Positions 41,104-51,679 of a DNA stretch of 64,000 nucleotides are shown here, in pieces. Source of the stretch: Nemertoderma westbladi (Eukaryota > Animalia > Xenacoelomorpha); contig JAUCBJ010002722.1 of NCBI GenBank assembly GCA_032718475.1, positions 124,001 through 188,000 on the forward strand. Reading direction: 5' to 3'. How positions within the stretch are numbered: the stretch's first letter is position 1; each line of letters opens with the position of its first letter. Under the pieces are notes generated by a model, which was given only the letters and a program-made list of their open reading frames with translations, searched no databases and was not told the origin of the DNA. Made by a program: the position numbers and the translations under genes.

Positions 41104-42230
41104 GGATAGGATCGGCATGCTGCATTGCAGCTGCATTTTTAAGAATGCTGTGCCGGCTTATCGATAAAAGTGCACCGCCACAACTCCCTATCACCCATGA
41201 CATTTGCTAGATCATCCGCATCTTCAAGGCCAGTGTCCTTTAAGATGCGTCTCAAGAAAGTCATGGGCTGTCCACAATGCTTATTCACTCCACGAGGCTG
41301 CCAAAGTACAAGATTATGCACTGGCTGGTCCTCACGGCGAAAGCAATGTCCTGCAAAGCGGAGGCGATTTTGTTCTAGTGTCAAGCTTGGGGGAACCAAT
41401 GAGACACCTCCAATGTTATATAGTGTCTGGTTGGAGATGTGTGCATTGTACTTGACACAATGAACCCGGCGTAGCATTCTTGTGAATGTGCCATCCAGAG
41501 ATTTGGTGTCCTCAGCAGTTAGAGCCCAGCATGGACTCCCATAGAGGAGTACTGGAACTACTGCTGCTCTAAATAACCGGACCTTAAGTTTCCGATTAAT
41601 TCTCGGTGACTTCCAAATCCTGGAAAGCCTATTCAAGGCTGCCCATGCCTTTCCCTTACGTATTCGAAGGTCCTCACCTGACTTCCGGATCCATGATCCC
41701 AGGTAACAGAAGTCATCCACATGCTCAAGCATACCATCTTTTGAGCTTATGCTCATCCGATCAGAGACTTGCTGAGGACTTTCAAAGTTAACTGTCAAAA
41801 TTTTGGTGTTTCTGGAGTTAATAAAAAGACCAACACTAGAAGCAGCATGTTCTAATGAGCTGAGGAGCCGTTGGGCTCCCTCTAGTGATTCTGAGGGTAC
41901 TCCTAAGTCATCAGCAAAGTCTAGATCAGTTAGGTACTTGGCAGGATTTCCTCGACTTCTGGAGCCAGTAGGTGGAGTTATCATCACCCCATCATCATTA
42001 TGATGATCTAAGGACATGCGTAGAACATAGTCAACAACAATTATGAACAAGAATGGTGCAAGTGTGTCTCCCTGGAGGACGCCCCATAACACTTCAAATG
42101 GTTCTGTGTCACCGTCAACAGTAGACACAAATGTTGTCGAACCATCGTATACTGATCTGATTGCTGCAATAATTTCATCAGGAATCCCATATAATGAAAG
42201 TATGCTGAACATACGTGAGCATACATACGT
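41104..42230 (-). mobile_element. 5'-truncated RTE LINE, same family as 7697-9458, intact 3' RT reading frame
   Basis: ORF 41139-42212 with GVLQGDTLAPFLF, LDFADD, FCYLGS and RLRFAGHC. 12-bp TSD GATAACTGCTTA at 41092-41103 and 42231-42242. Confidence 0.95.
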
Positions 42231-42964
42231 GATAACTGCTTATCAGGAGAAAGCACAGTGAAAAATATTTTCTCGAAAGTTAACAGTAGGCTTAGGTTTC
42301 TATACAGAAATAAAAATAGTTTAAACACCGTCTCCCGCAAGTTACTTTTCTCTTCTTTAATGCAGTGTCACATGGGCTATGCATGCATGCTCTTCTTGGT
42401 ATGAAGGCTTTAACCAAACAGCTTAAATGTAAATTACAAGTAGCGCTCAGAATAAAGTAGTACGATTTATTAAAGACTACAAACCTAGGCACCACCTAAC
42501 TCCAGATGACTTTTCTGAATCTGAACTACTTAACTTAGATAGTAGAGTTAAGCAGCTACGCCTTAACCATGTGCATAAAGTGTATAATGGTAAATGTCCC
42601 AATTACCTAAAACTAAAATTAAACAGAGTATGCGATACACACTCTTACAGTACCAGAGCTAGTGCTTAAAATTTCTACCTCCCGAATTGTAAGTCCTTCG
42701 AATCTGATACTTTCTTTTTTAACGGTATTAAAAATTGGAACGCTCTGCCTAATGGAATTAAAAACCTAGATAATCAACATTCTTTTAAATCTGCAGTTAA
42801 ATCTCACCTCCGTGTGCAATGTAAAAATAGGTACAATAGTCCTACAGTAAGTTATTAGTTTATTAATTTATTTACTATTTATACTGTAAATACGTTTTAT
42901 AATAAATTGTTCTGTACATTACATATTTATCGTTGAGTCGGACATTGTCACGCTCTCGGTAAAG

Positions 42965-43170
42965 TTGTACATGTACACCCAGTTTCAACGACGTGGAAAT
43001 ATTAAGCTTTTCAGTCTAACCTGAGGTTGAGGCTACTTTTGGAGTCAGCCTTTATCCGGACTTATGGTCGAAGGGAAACTATTATACGCTCTCCCAATGA
43101 TGACTCAATCAATAGTAACTCCGGTAGTCTACTGATTGAATGTTGGCTTCCTGCTATTGCCAACTCAATT
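42965..43170 (+). mobile_element. Penelope-like element fragment (GIY-YIG endonuclease C-terminus)
   Basis: HPSFNDVEILSF-(frameshift)-SNLRLRLLLESAFIR resembles the HxF.f.nv.IL..e.n..kR..lES..I end of PLE GIY-YIG domains. Confidence 0.5.
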
Positions 43171-43962
43171 CTCAATTCAGCCCCCCCCCCCCCCAACCAC
43201 GCTTTTTTGTGTTTTTGAATTAGTCTTGGAATATAATTTTTACTTCTTTTATATTTCGTTTCGTCAAATTGCATATACAGTATATTGCTGTAGAATGTAA
43301 AGTAAATTCGATATGTCGTGTCGTCCGATATATGTACCGGTACTGTACGGTACGTACAACATTACTCAGCACTGCATTGATAAAGATAAACATTGTTTAT
43401 TGAAACGTCTGCAATACACTATAACACCTTTTGTAGCTGAAAGTCCTTACACCATTGTTTTTTTCTATTATTCTCGCCACATTCAATTAATCATGTCTTT
43501 TAATTATTTGGGATTATGTTAAAGTTGACAGAATATGTCTTTACAATAATCTTGTATATTTATTATTCATATTTATCAAAGTTCCCCAGGTTGGGACATT
43601 TGGCATTTGCGTGCTAGGGATATTTGGCATTTCAATGTAATCATTACAGTCTGCCAGTATTCATATCATATATTTGCGTAAATATCATTATTTTAAACTG
43701 AATTTATATGTTAATTACATTACTGATTTTATTGTAAAATTATTTACATTCTTAGGGCATACGTAATAAACCATCCTTATAAAATATGCTCTAGGCCTGG
43801 CTCTTATTAATTTCATATCTACTGTAATAATGGGGCCATTTTGCGCAAACGTCTTATTTTGTAACACATTTATAAATATTAACCATTCTGCAGTGATCAC
43901 TGCCTTATTGTGGCCAAGGTAAGGCTTAGTCTGACGTGCTAGCAGTACAATCTGCCTTGCCG

Positions 43963-44377
43963 CGGCATGACTGGTCCTCTCTGTTGCAATAGCAAAGTGT
44001 GAGATCCAGCTTCACACTACAGCTCATCAACAGGTATCAGGTTCTTGCCTCTGAGGTGGCAGATCACTGTGAGGGATATGCTGCCTTCACAGAAGCATTT
44101 AAGTTAGCAGCTGCAGAAACAGTTCCTGTATACCCTCGAAACAGGAAACGGGCAACAAAATTCAGAAGTGCCGAAATGACCTCTTGGAGCAGAAAGAATC
44201 CTGACTCAAACAGACTACGGCGGCCAAGAATGCAGTTAAGGCTCCATCTAGGTCCCTGAACAGGCGTACTCTGTTAATCTACAGGAGCTTATAAACCAAC
44301 AGGTTGATGCCATCAATGATGCTGATGACAGCAGGCCATCATCCCAGGCAGGGAAATCAATAAACTTGCTTACTGGG
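43963..44377 (+). mobile_element. RTE-family fragment (EN-RT linker) cut by the BEL 3 LTR
   Basis: RHDWSSL, FTLQLINRYQVL. Its 3' end (AATGATGCTGATGACAGCAGG...AACTTGCTTACT) matches 7697-7757. Confidence 0.8.
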
Positions 44378-45003
44378 TGTGACGGGATCCACCGGAGTTG
44401 GCAGTAATGAATCCCGACCGGTGTGTGAGTTATACGCGTCGCCGCGTCCGTAGGCTGCTAAACTGTAGTCTGGATATATATGATAGTCCGAAAGGCCGTT
44501 GAAATAACTGAGTTTTACTGTCAGTTTGTATAATTACAGATCGTAATAATAGCACAGTCTGAATATAATAACACGGTAGTGACGACGACGGTTAAAACTG
44601 TTCCGGTCTCACAACTGTATAGGAACCACCTGAATAGGTAATCAATAAGTGCAACGGTTATATTATTATTATCACATACTAAATAAGCTCTGAGTGGCCT
44701 GAATGTCCAATAGATGCGCTCTAATCACCCCCAATGTGCTCTCCTACCCACCATTGGCTTAATCTGATTAATTGTCACCTCGCCACTCCCTGTTGCCACT
44801 ATCCCACGTGCTAGCCTTACTAGCCTGTTTGTCCCTCTGAGGTGGTTTGACCTCTCAACTCTCCATGTGGATTACGGCATGTATCGCCTTAGTTGGTTGT
44901 GAGGTGACATTATTATTGCTAACGTCACCTCGCCAACTATAATTGGTAAAATGCCACTAATCCCATTTTCGGTGGGTAGTGCTGGGAATTGAATCTGCTC
45001 ACA
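44378..45003 (-). repeat. 3' LTR of BEL element 3 (626 bp)
   Basis: On the minus strand it runs TGTGA...TCACA and is directly preceded by a polypurine tract (forward CTCCCCCCA at 45004-45012). Confidence 0.85.
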
Positions 45004-45234
45004 CTCCCCCCATGCTATCTTCCCGTTGAGAAGATAGCATCAACCTTAAGTGCGCTTCATTTCCGCTGGAATCCAATCTAATATTGGATGTGGGGTGGAA
45101 TTTTCTTCTCGGGGTCGGCTTTCCAGACCTGTTCCCATGGGTCTGTTATCACCACCCATCCTTGGTACACCTGCGAGCTAAACTGTACCAAGGCATCTGG
45201 CGTCTCTGTTTTAGACCTCACTCCTCACACAATT

Positions 45235-46049
45235 TTACCTCTCGGACTTTGTTGTCCCTTCCTCACGTCCCCGGGTATTTAACTCCCGGTATCGCTTCGC
45301 AGGTGGTCCCACTGAGTGTCCCTCCTGTCTCCCTCTGGTAGCGTCCCACAAGATCATCTTCATCGCACATGGCACGTGTTCCCCCAGAAAGTCCCTGAAT
45401 TCGATCCTATTTTCTGGTGACCATCTGTCCAGATATCTTTGGGTGTTGATGACCCCTCCGTACGATGCCGCTGTCGCTACCTCCTCATACGTGAATGGTA
45501 GTCTCCTCTTGGTGATCTGCTGGTGGGCTTCTATATTAATGTTGAAGAAGCCCCACCGGAACTCCTGGGCCTTCATCCTTTGTCGTGTCATGACTCCGAC
45601 GTCAGCCCACTCCTCGAAAATTCGGAATTTCTCCTCATCGTCCATCCAGTCGCACCGGGTGCTCAAAATGCCCTCTAAACTTGCACTTCGAACATATATT
45701 GTGCAACCTCGTACAAGCACTCATCTTGTGAGTAGACTCGCAGCAGTAAAGACATGCCGTCCCCTTCTGGAAACGGTATAGACAGTTCCTTTGCTGATGG
45801 GTCAATCTCCCACAGTAATCACAACTGTGCATCATTGTCTCCCACCCCAAATTGTCCTTGGCTCCGTGTGGCCTCCTGGGTATATGGAGCCGCTAGTAGG
45901 TAAACATCTGGATGTTGTCTTCCCTACCAATGTCGATGTCCTCCTCCACCCTCGGCATCGTTTCTCCAAACACTACTCTTAACCCCCCCTCTCGGAGGTG
46001 ATATGACTCGTCACTCCCGGTCTCGCCCGTTTCGTGCTCTCTCAGCCAT
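45235..46049 (-). pseudogene. Accessory ORF of BEL 3 with three CCHC-like zinc knuckles
   Basis: CDYCGRLTHQQRNC, CLYCCESTHKMSAC and CSKCKFRGHFEH-(frameshift)-RC, then FEEWADVGVMTRQR..RWGFF (ORFs 45635-45850 and 45235-45720). Two stops and two frameshifts. Same sense as gag, located between pol and the PPT. Confidence 0.72.
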
Positions 46050-46278
46050 CACGATTCTCCTTTCACACCAGACTGGTGGTGCCTTAGAAAGGCTCAGAGA
46101 TGGTAAGAGATAACTAAGTATGGTCTTAATTAGTTTAAATCAGTGATGGCCTCCCTCCTATCTTGTTCTTTCTATTTTGTACAAATATTCCCCTTATGTG
46201 TCAATTTACCCTGAATTTATTCTATCTATATTCCCCCCTACCTGTGCTATTATCCTATCTGCCATCTGATATCCCCCC

Positions 46279-47852
46279 CACCCCTGGTTTTAAAAATTTT
46301 TAGTGTCATGAAAAATACCGTAAAATCTGTGACTGCCAGCTCTTATATAATGGTCTGCATAGCAAAAAAAAATATTTTTTAAAATATTTTATCGAGCTCC
46401 TTTTTTTTAGCACCTAAAAATGTGTTCTAGAACATTTTTTCGGTGGTGTGCGGAGTTGTCGAATTTAGGTAATTTGAATACTGATTCCTTATATTAGCCA
46501 TTATATGCGAAATTCGCTCAGGATTTCAAATCTGCAAACAGTTTCATCATATCTTTTTTAGTTTTCGAGATATTGTGAAAAATGTGATGCGCACCCAAAA
46601 AGTGCGTGCGGCGCCAAATTTTCAATTTTCAGTAAATTGAAATATTCACTAAAAAATGAAAATTATCGATTTCTATAGGTTTTCTGCCATGCTGAATGCA
46701 ATGGTAATATTTTCCAGAAGGCTGGGTGAATTGTCATACTACTTTTCATTGGGTGCTGAAATTTGGAAAATGAAAATCAAATTTTCAACCATTGGAAATT
46801 TTCAATATAAAGCTCTGATTTACGATTTATCAAGATTCTGTGTGTTGCTGAATGTAACAGTAATGTTTTTTCAATAAGAGGTTTACTGTGTATACAATTT
46901 TTACTAAACTGTCTAAAAAATGTGATGAGATATATTTAATTTCTAATTCATACGTTTGTTTTATTGTCATCGTACTTATATATTCTAAAATATTTCAAAA
47001 CACAATCCTTTGATTAATTATCTTTATGTATTTTTATTAAACTTTTATGAATATTTATATAACTTTTACAAAGTTTTGAATAACTTTTAGAACTTTTCTA
47101 TGACTTTTTTCGGATTTTTCTATAACTTTTAGAAAATTTTATACCGCTTTTAATACATGTTTTGGAAATTATTATATAACTTTTGGTAATTTTTATACAG
47201 CTGTTGCTAACGAATATGATGCTTTAGGAAACATTATACATAGTAAACCAGTTATCCAGAAAATAATACTGTAGCATTCAAAACCATACAAAACCTAAAA
47301 GAAATAGCTAATCATAGGTTTAAACGGGATATTACCAAACTTATAAAATTTGTCATTTTTGTTTTTAAAATTTCAGCACCCAATGAAAAGTAGCATAACA
47401 ATTCACTCAGACTTTTGGAAAATATTACCATTGCGTTCAGCATGGCAGAAAACCTATAGAAATCGATAATTTTCATTTTTTAGTGAATATTTCAATTTAC
47501 TGAAAATTGAAAATTTGGCGCCGCACACACTTTTTGGGTGCGCATCACATTTTTCACGATATCTCGAAAACTAAAAAAGATATGATGAAACTGTTTGCAG
47601 ATTTGAAATCCTGAGCGAATTTCGCATATAATGGCTAATATAAGGAATCAGTATTCAAATTACCTAAATTCGACAACTCAGCACACCACCGAAAAAATGT
47701 TCTAGAACACATTTTTAGGTGCTAAAAAAAGGAGCTCGATAAAATATTTTAAAAAATATTTTTTTTTGCCTCGCAGACCATTATATAAGAGCTGGCAGTC
47801 ACAGATTTTACGGTATTTTTCATGACACTAAAAAATTTTAAAACCAGGGGTG
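46279..47852. mobile_element. Foldback non-autonomous DNA transposon with CAC...GTG ends (Transib/Chapaev-like)
   Basis: Near-perfect TIRs of about 500 bp starting CACCCCTGGTTTTAAAA, with an AT-rich spacer. Inserted in a poly-C run, so CCCCC flanks both sides and the TSD length is ambiguous. Confidence 0.8.
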
Positions 47853-48245
47853 CCCCCCCACCAATTCCTCACATGGCGCCCTCAGTGCCTACAAGCTCAC
47901 GGTACTGTGTACCACTTTACTAAGGTATGAATACATACCCCCCCCCCCTCAGTTCCTCACATGGCGCCCTCAGTGCCCACAAGTTTTACGGTACTGTGTA
48001 CCCCTCTACTATGGTATGCGTACATACCCCCCAATTCCTCATGTGGCACCCTTGGTGCCCACAAGTTTTACGGTACTATGTACCCCTCAGCTACAGTATG
48101 CATACATACCCCCCCCCCCTTTAATTCCTCACATGGCGCCCTCAGTGCCCACAAGTTCTGTGGTACTGTGAACCCTTCTACAACAGTATGCATACATACC
48201 CCGCCTCAGCATCTCACGTGGCACCCTCAGTGCCCACAAGTAGTG
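47853..48245. repeat. Minisatellite of about 85 bp (about 5 copies) in the BEL 3 pol-to-ORF spacer
   Basis: Repeated TTCCTCACATGGCGCCCTCAGTGCCCACAAG...GGTACTGTGTACCC...GTATGCATACATACCCC. Confidence 0.9.
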
Positions 48246-51200
48246 CGTATGTAAATTAGGTACGTTGGTACATTATTGTACCTGTCCGACGTACATAATT
48301 GTAACTACCTACACTGTACCTTGGTACTATCTACTTATTTGTTATTTTACAATTTTTATTTTATTTTTATGTGTGGGAAGGGCCCTCATTCCCACCCCCT
48401 TCAGTCCAATATATTGGATGACTTAACATCCTAAGGGCGATTCTTCCAGCAGGCAACTCTCCCACTGCCCCCCTGTAGGTCTTCCTATCTTTGGCCCCTA
48501 TCTTTCCTCCAATCCTCACTTCCACGGATCTAATTCTTCCATCTCTGTCCCCCCTCAGTCCAACTTATTGGACGACTCAACAACCTAAGGGCGATTCTTC
48601 CAACAGGCAACTCTCCCACTTCGCCCCTGTAGGTCCTCTTAATCTTCGCCCCACTCTCCTTGTCAATTCCAACTCTCTTGGAATTGACCTGTCCTTCTCT
48701 TCCATCCTAAAATCCGGTTTTTCCGTCACCTCACTGATCTCCTCTTGGTCCCCTGGCAGCAAAATGCCACCCTCCATCTTGTCGTCACTTGGCGGTTGAA
48801 TGCCGCCCTTCATGTCATCCTCACTGGTACATGCCACCTCTGCTGGCCTCCCCCTCAATATGTGCGCCGGCGTTAAAGCCCCCGATGACCCCCGAGCATC
48901 CTTCGGTATACATAATGGCTTACCATTTAATGCCCCCTCGCACTCTGCCAGCCCCGTGTGCGTGCACAACATGTCTCCTCCAACCTTCCTGCCTCCTTTG
49001 TCACGCTTCATCATTGGCGTATCCGCCCTTGGTCTATTCCTCCCACATCCTCTCCCCTTTTACCCTGTCCCCCTACTCGACCTCCTCCCCATTGGTATGC
49101 TTCTCAACTGGGCCGGCGTCTGTTCTGGACATCTCTCTGGATATCTCGCCATCCACTCTTCTCCATCCTCATACCGATACTTGCCAGGGACATCTATGTT
49201 CCATCCCATCGCCTCTAGGTCCTCTGCGTCAAACCCATTCTCTTCTGCCCACTCTCTTGCTGTTGCTTCTCCTCCTGACTCATCTATCGGCGGTATTTCT
49301 CTGGACTTATCCTCCACCCTTTCACCACGCCCCACTATGCGTGGTTCCTGATCCATACCCATCCCCGACTCCTGGTGTCCTCCCCCAGGCTGCTTCTCAT
49401 ATGGGACCTCCCCATCGCCAGTCTTTGGTTTCTCCTCTATGTCCTCAACAGTACCGGACAGCATGCATCCTGATGTTTCGGATACACCAAATGGTGTCCT
49501 CGTCTTAATTGGGCCAGTGAGCGTCCATCCAAATGGCGTGAGAATGGCCATCGGGTCTCGCTCCCTTTCATCGGCGAAAATGGTTTGTAGTCTCTCATGG
49601 GCTGTCGGGCAATCCATGCTGACTATGAGAGATACTTTTGGGACGTACAGTTCGGGCACGGAGAAATCGATGTCATCCAGGTACTGGTATTGCTCAACCT
49701 CGAACTTTGTGGGTCGCCTGGCGTTTATATTGATTGATTCTATCATCTGGATGGGTTCGATGGTAGCCCCATAATCGCACCCTGGCGTTATCGCTGCTAT
49801 CTCGCAACGTCCCGTTCTCATTCTCATGACCTCGTCCTTACTGGAGATAGTGGTTACCGCCATCTTGCTTGGCCTCGTCCGTAACCCTATCCTTTCGGCC
49901 ACCCAACTCTCCGTTAGCATGAATGCTGCTCCACTACCGACCAACATCAGTGTCGTAAATGATAACCCATCCTCTCCTATTATTCTTACTGGTACTACCC
50001 CGAGTAGTGCTGTCCTCTTCCTCCTTGCTCCCATCGTGCTCGTTGCCTTCGTCTAGCCTCCAGTCTCATCAGTCTCGGCATATTTTATTGGTGGTTCCTG
50101 GCATACATCCCTCCAGTGTCCTCCTACCGCGCATCGATGACATAGTCCATTCTTATCAGCGTAGGCTATCCGATCTTGTTTGAGTAACGCCTGCCAATGC
50201 TTACAGTCTATGGTCTTATGGGTTCCATCTCTATGCAATTGACTTTTATATCCGGGATTGTAGTGTTCCTTGTATAGCCCTTCACGTATTGCGCGTAGAT
50301 TCATATCTAGCTGTTTAGTGTTTTAGTTATTTGGACTCGGCCTACTGGGGGTATTAGGTTTGTATTTGTTTGTGTTGTTATTTGTTTCTGCCCCAGCCAC
50401 GGTGTGGCCCTACTTCCAGCTCCTTGTGGACTACAAGTCCCCTGTGTGGCCGCATATGGTAGCGACTGTCTCATTTTCGGAAATGCGTCCGCCAAACTAT
50501 GTTCTGGTTTAGGTCGGCTGCATTCTGCTTTTGGTACCTTACCGAGACTGTCCTCACTATAGACTGGATCCGTTATTAACTCCGCCTCGTAGTTAAGGAA
50601 GTTCGACATCTCCTCCAGCCCTGGCTCCGCACCTTTCCTTTCTCATGTGGAGAAAGCAATCTTTCTCCACTTGTTTCTCAGCCAGATCGGTAGTGCCTGC
50701 ACTATTGTAGTGATGTTGTTTGATGCATTGAGTTCGTAAGGTGCATCCATGGTCTTTAATACTATTAGCGCCTTTTCTACTTTGTTGGCGAAGGTTTTGA
50801 TGCTGACAGGGTTGTCCTGGAGTCCGCCTGATGTTATTCCCCTTAAGGTTTGTCGGATAATCTTGGCAGGATGCCCGAATTCCCTGTCCAGGTCTCGCCA
50901 TGCAGTCGTGAATCCTCGTTCAATACCTTGGTATTGTCTCACGATGTCGTATGCTGGCCCCCCTGTATAGACTTGTAGATACTTAAGGCACACCGCCTGC
51001 GTCAGGTTTTTTGTTAAGATTTCATTGCTGTACATACGCCGGAATTGCACATATTCCTCCGGCTTACTACCATTGAACTTGAAGGGCTCCACTGGCGGCA
51101 GCTCGATCCTAGTCTTCAGCGCGTCGATGAGTGTTGCCATTCCCATCGCTTGTACTTCCAGCGTGCTCGATGGTAGGGATACAGATTCCCTTACTGTTGT

Positions 51201-51679
51201 GTGCGGTTCACCCGTCGGGCTTGTCGACTTTCCCTGGGTGGGATATATCATCGGGGGTAACGGTCCCCTCCATATCTCTGTGTCGCATGATTTATTTGGA
51301 TCTGAGGAGTTTGGGGTTCTTGTTTTTGGTTGCGTGTATTGCTGATACTGTAATGGGGGAATGCACCCAGCCCCCCCCCCCCCCCCCCCCACCGATGTTA
51401 TGTTTGGTACTGGGGTTGATGTTATCATGCTGGGGCCCATACACCTATCCGTAGTACCCCCCCCCCCCCCCCCCCTGGGTATATATTGTATCCCTGCATG
51501 TTATAGTCATACTGGTGTGAAGGTACCGGTATAGGCCTATCGGCTTCTTGTCTACCGACCGGTATGTACGCCGCGACCTCTGGGTTTAATCCCGTCATTC
51601 GCGCTACCCTATCGCCTACACAATCTCTCCCAGCATGGCCTATAGTATGTGAAGTAAGGCCTACAGTTGGCAGCAGTCT

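Larger units (their letters stand above)
34600..42905 (+). mobile_element. Crack/Daphne (CR1 group) LINE, 5'-truncated, split into four pieces
   Basis: Pieces 34600-34971, 37868-37885, 40555-41103 and 42243-about 42905 join to read ...[121 protein letters not shown] at 42901. Confidence 0.9.
44378..51620 (-). mobile_element. BEL/Pao LTR retrotransposon 3 (5'-truncated gag, PR, large RT-RH-INT deletion, accessory ORF, 3' LTR)
   Basis: Gag IELPPVEPFKFNG..LKYL (50643-51440), knuckle LCHRCAVGGHWRDVC, protease LMLVGSGAAF, TPFGWTL, integrase C-terminus LAECEGALNGKPL..LTPAHIL, and a PPT TGGGGGGAG before the LTR. Confidence 0.88.

Noticed and set aside
48789-49508. Plus-strand ORFs of 239 aa and 183 aa, and similar antisense ORFs over the pol and RT regions
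   Set aside because: Shadow frames opposite recognisable retroelement coding sequence.
51371-51476. Long poly-C/G runs as programmed frameshift sites or G-quadruplex elements
   Set aside because: Run lengths differ between sister copies, and such homopolymers are prone to slippage and sequencing error.
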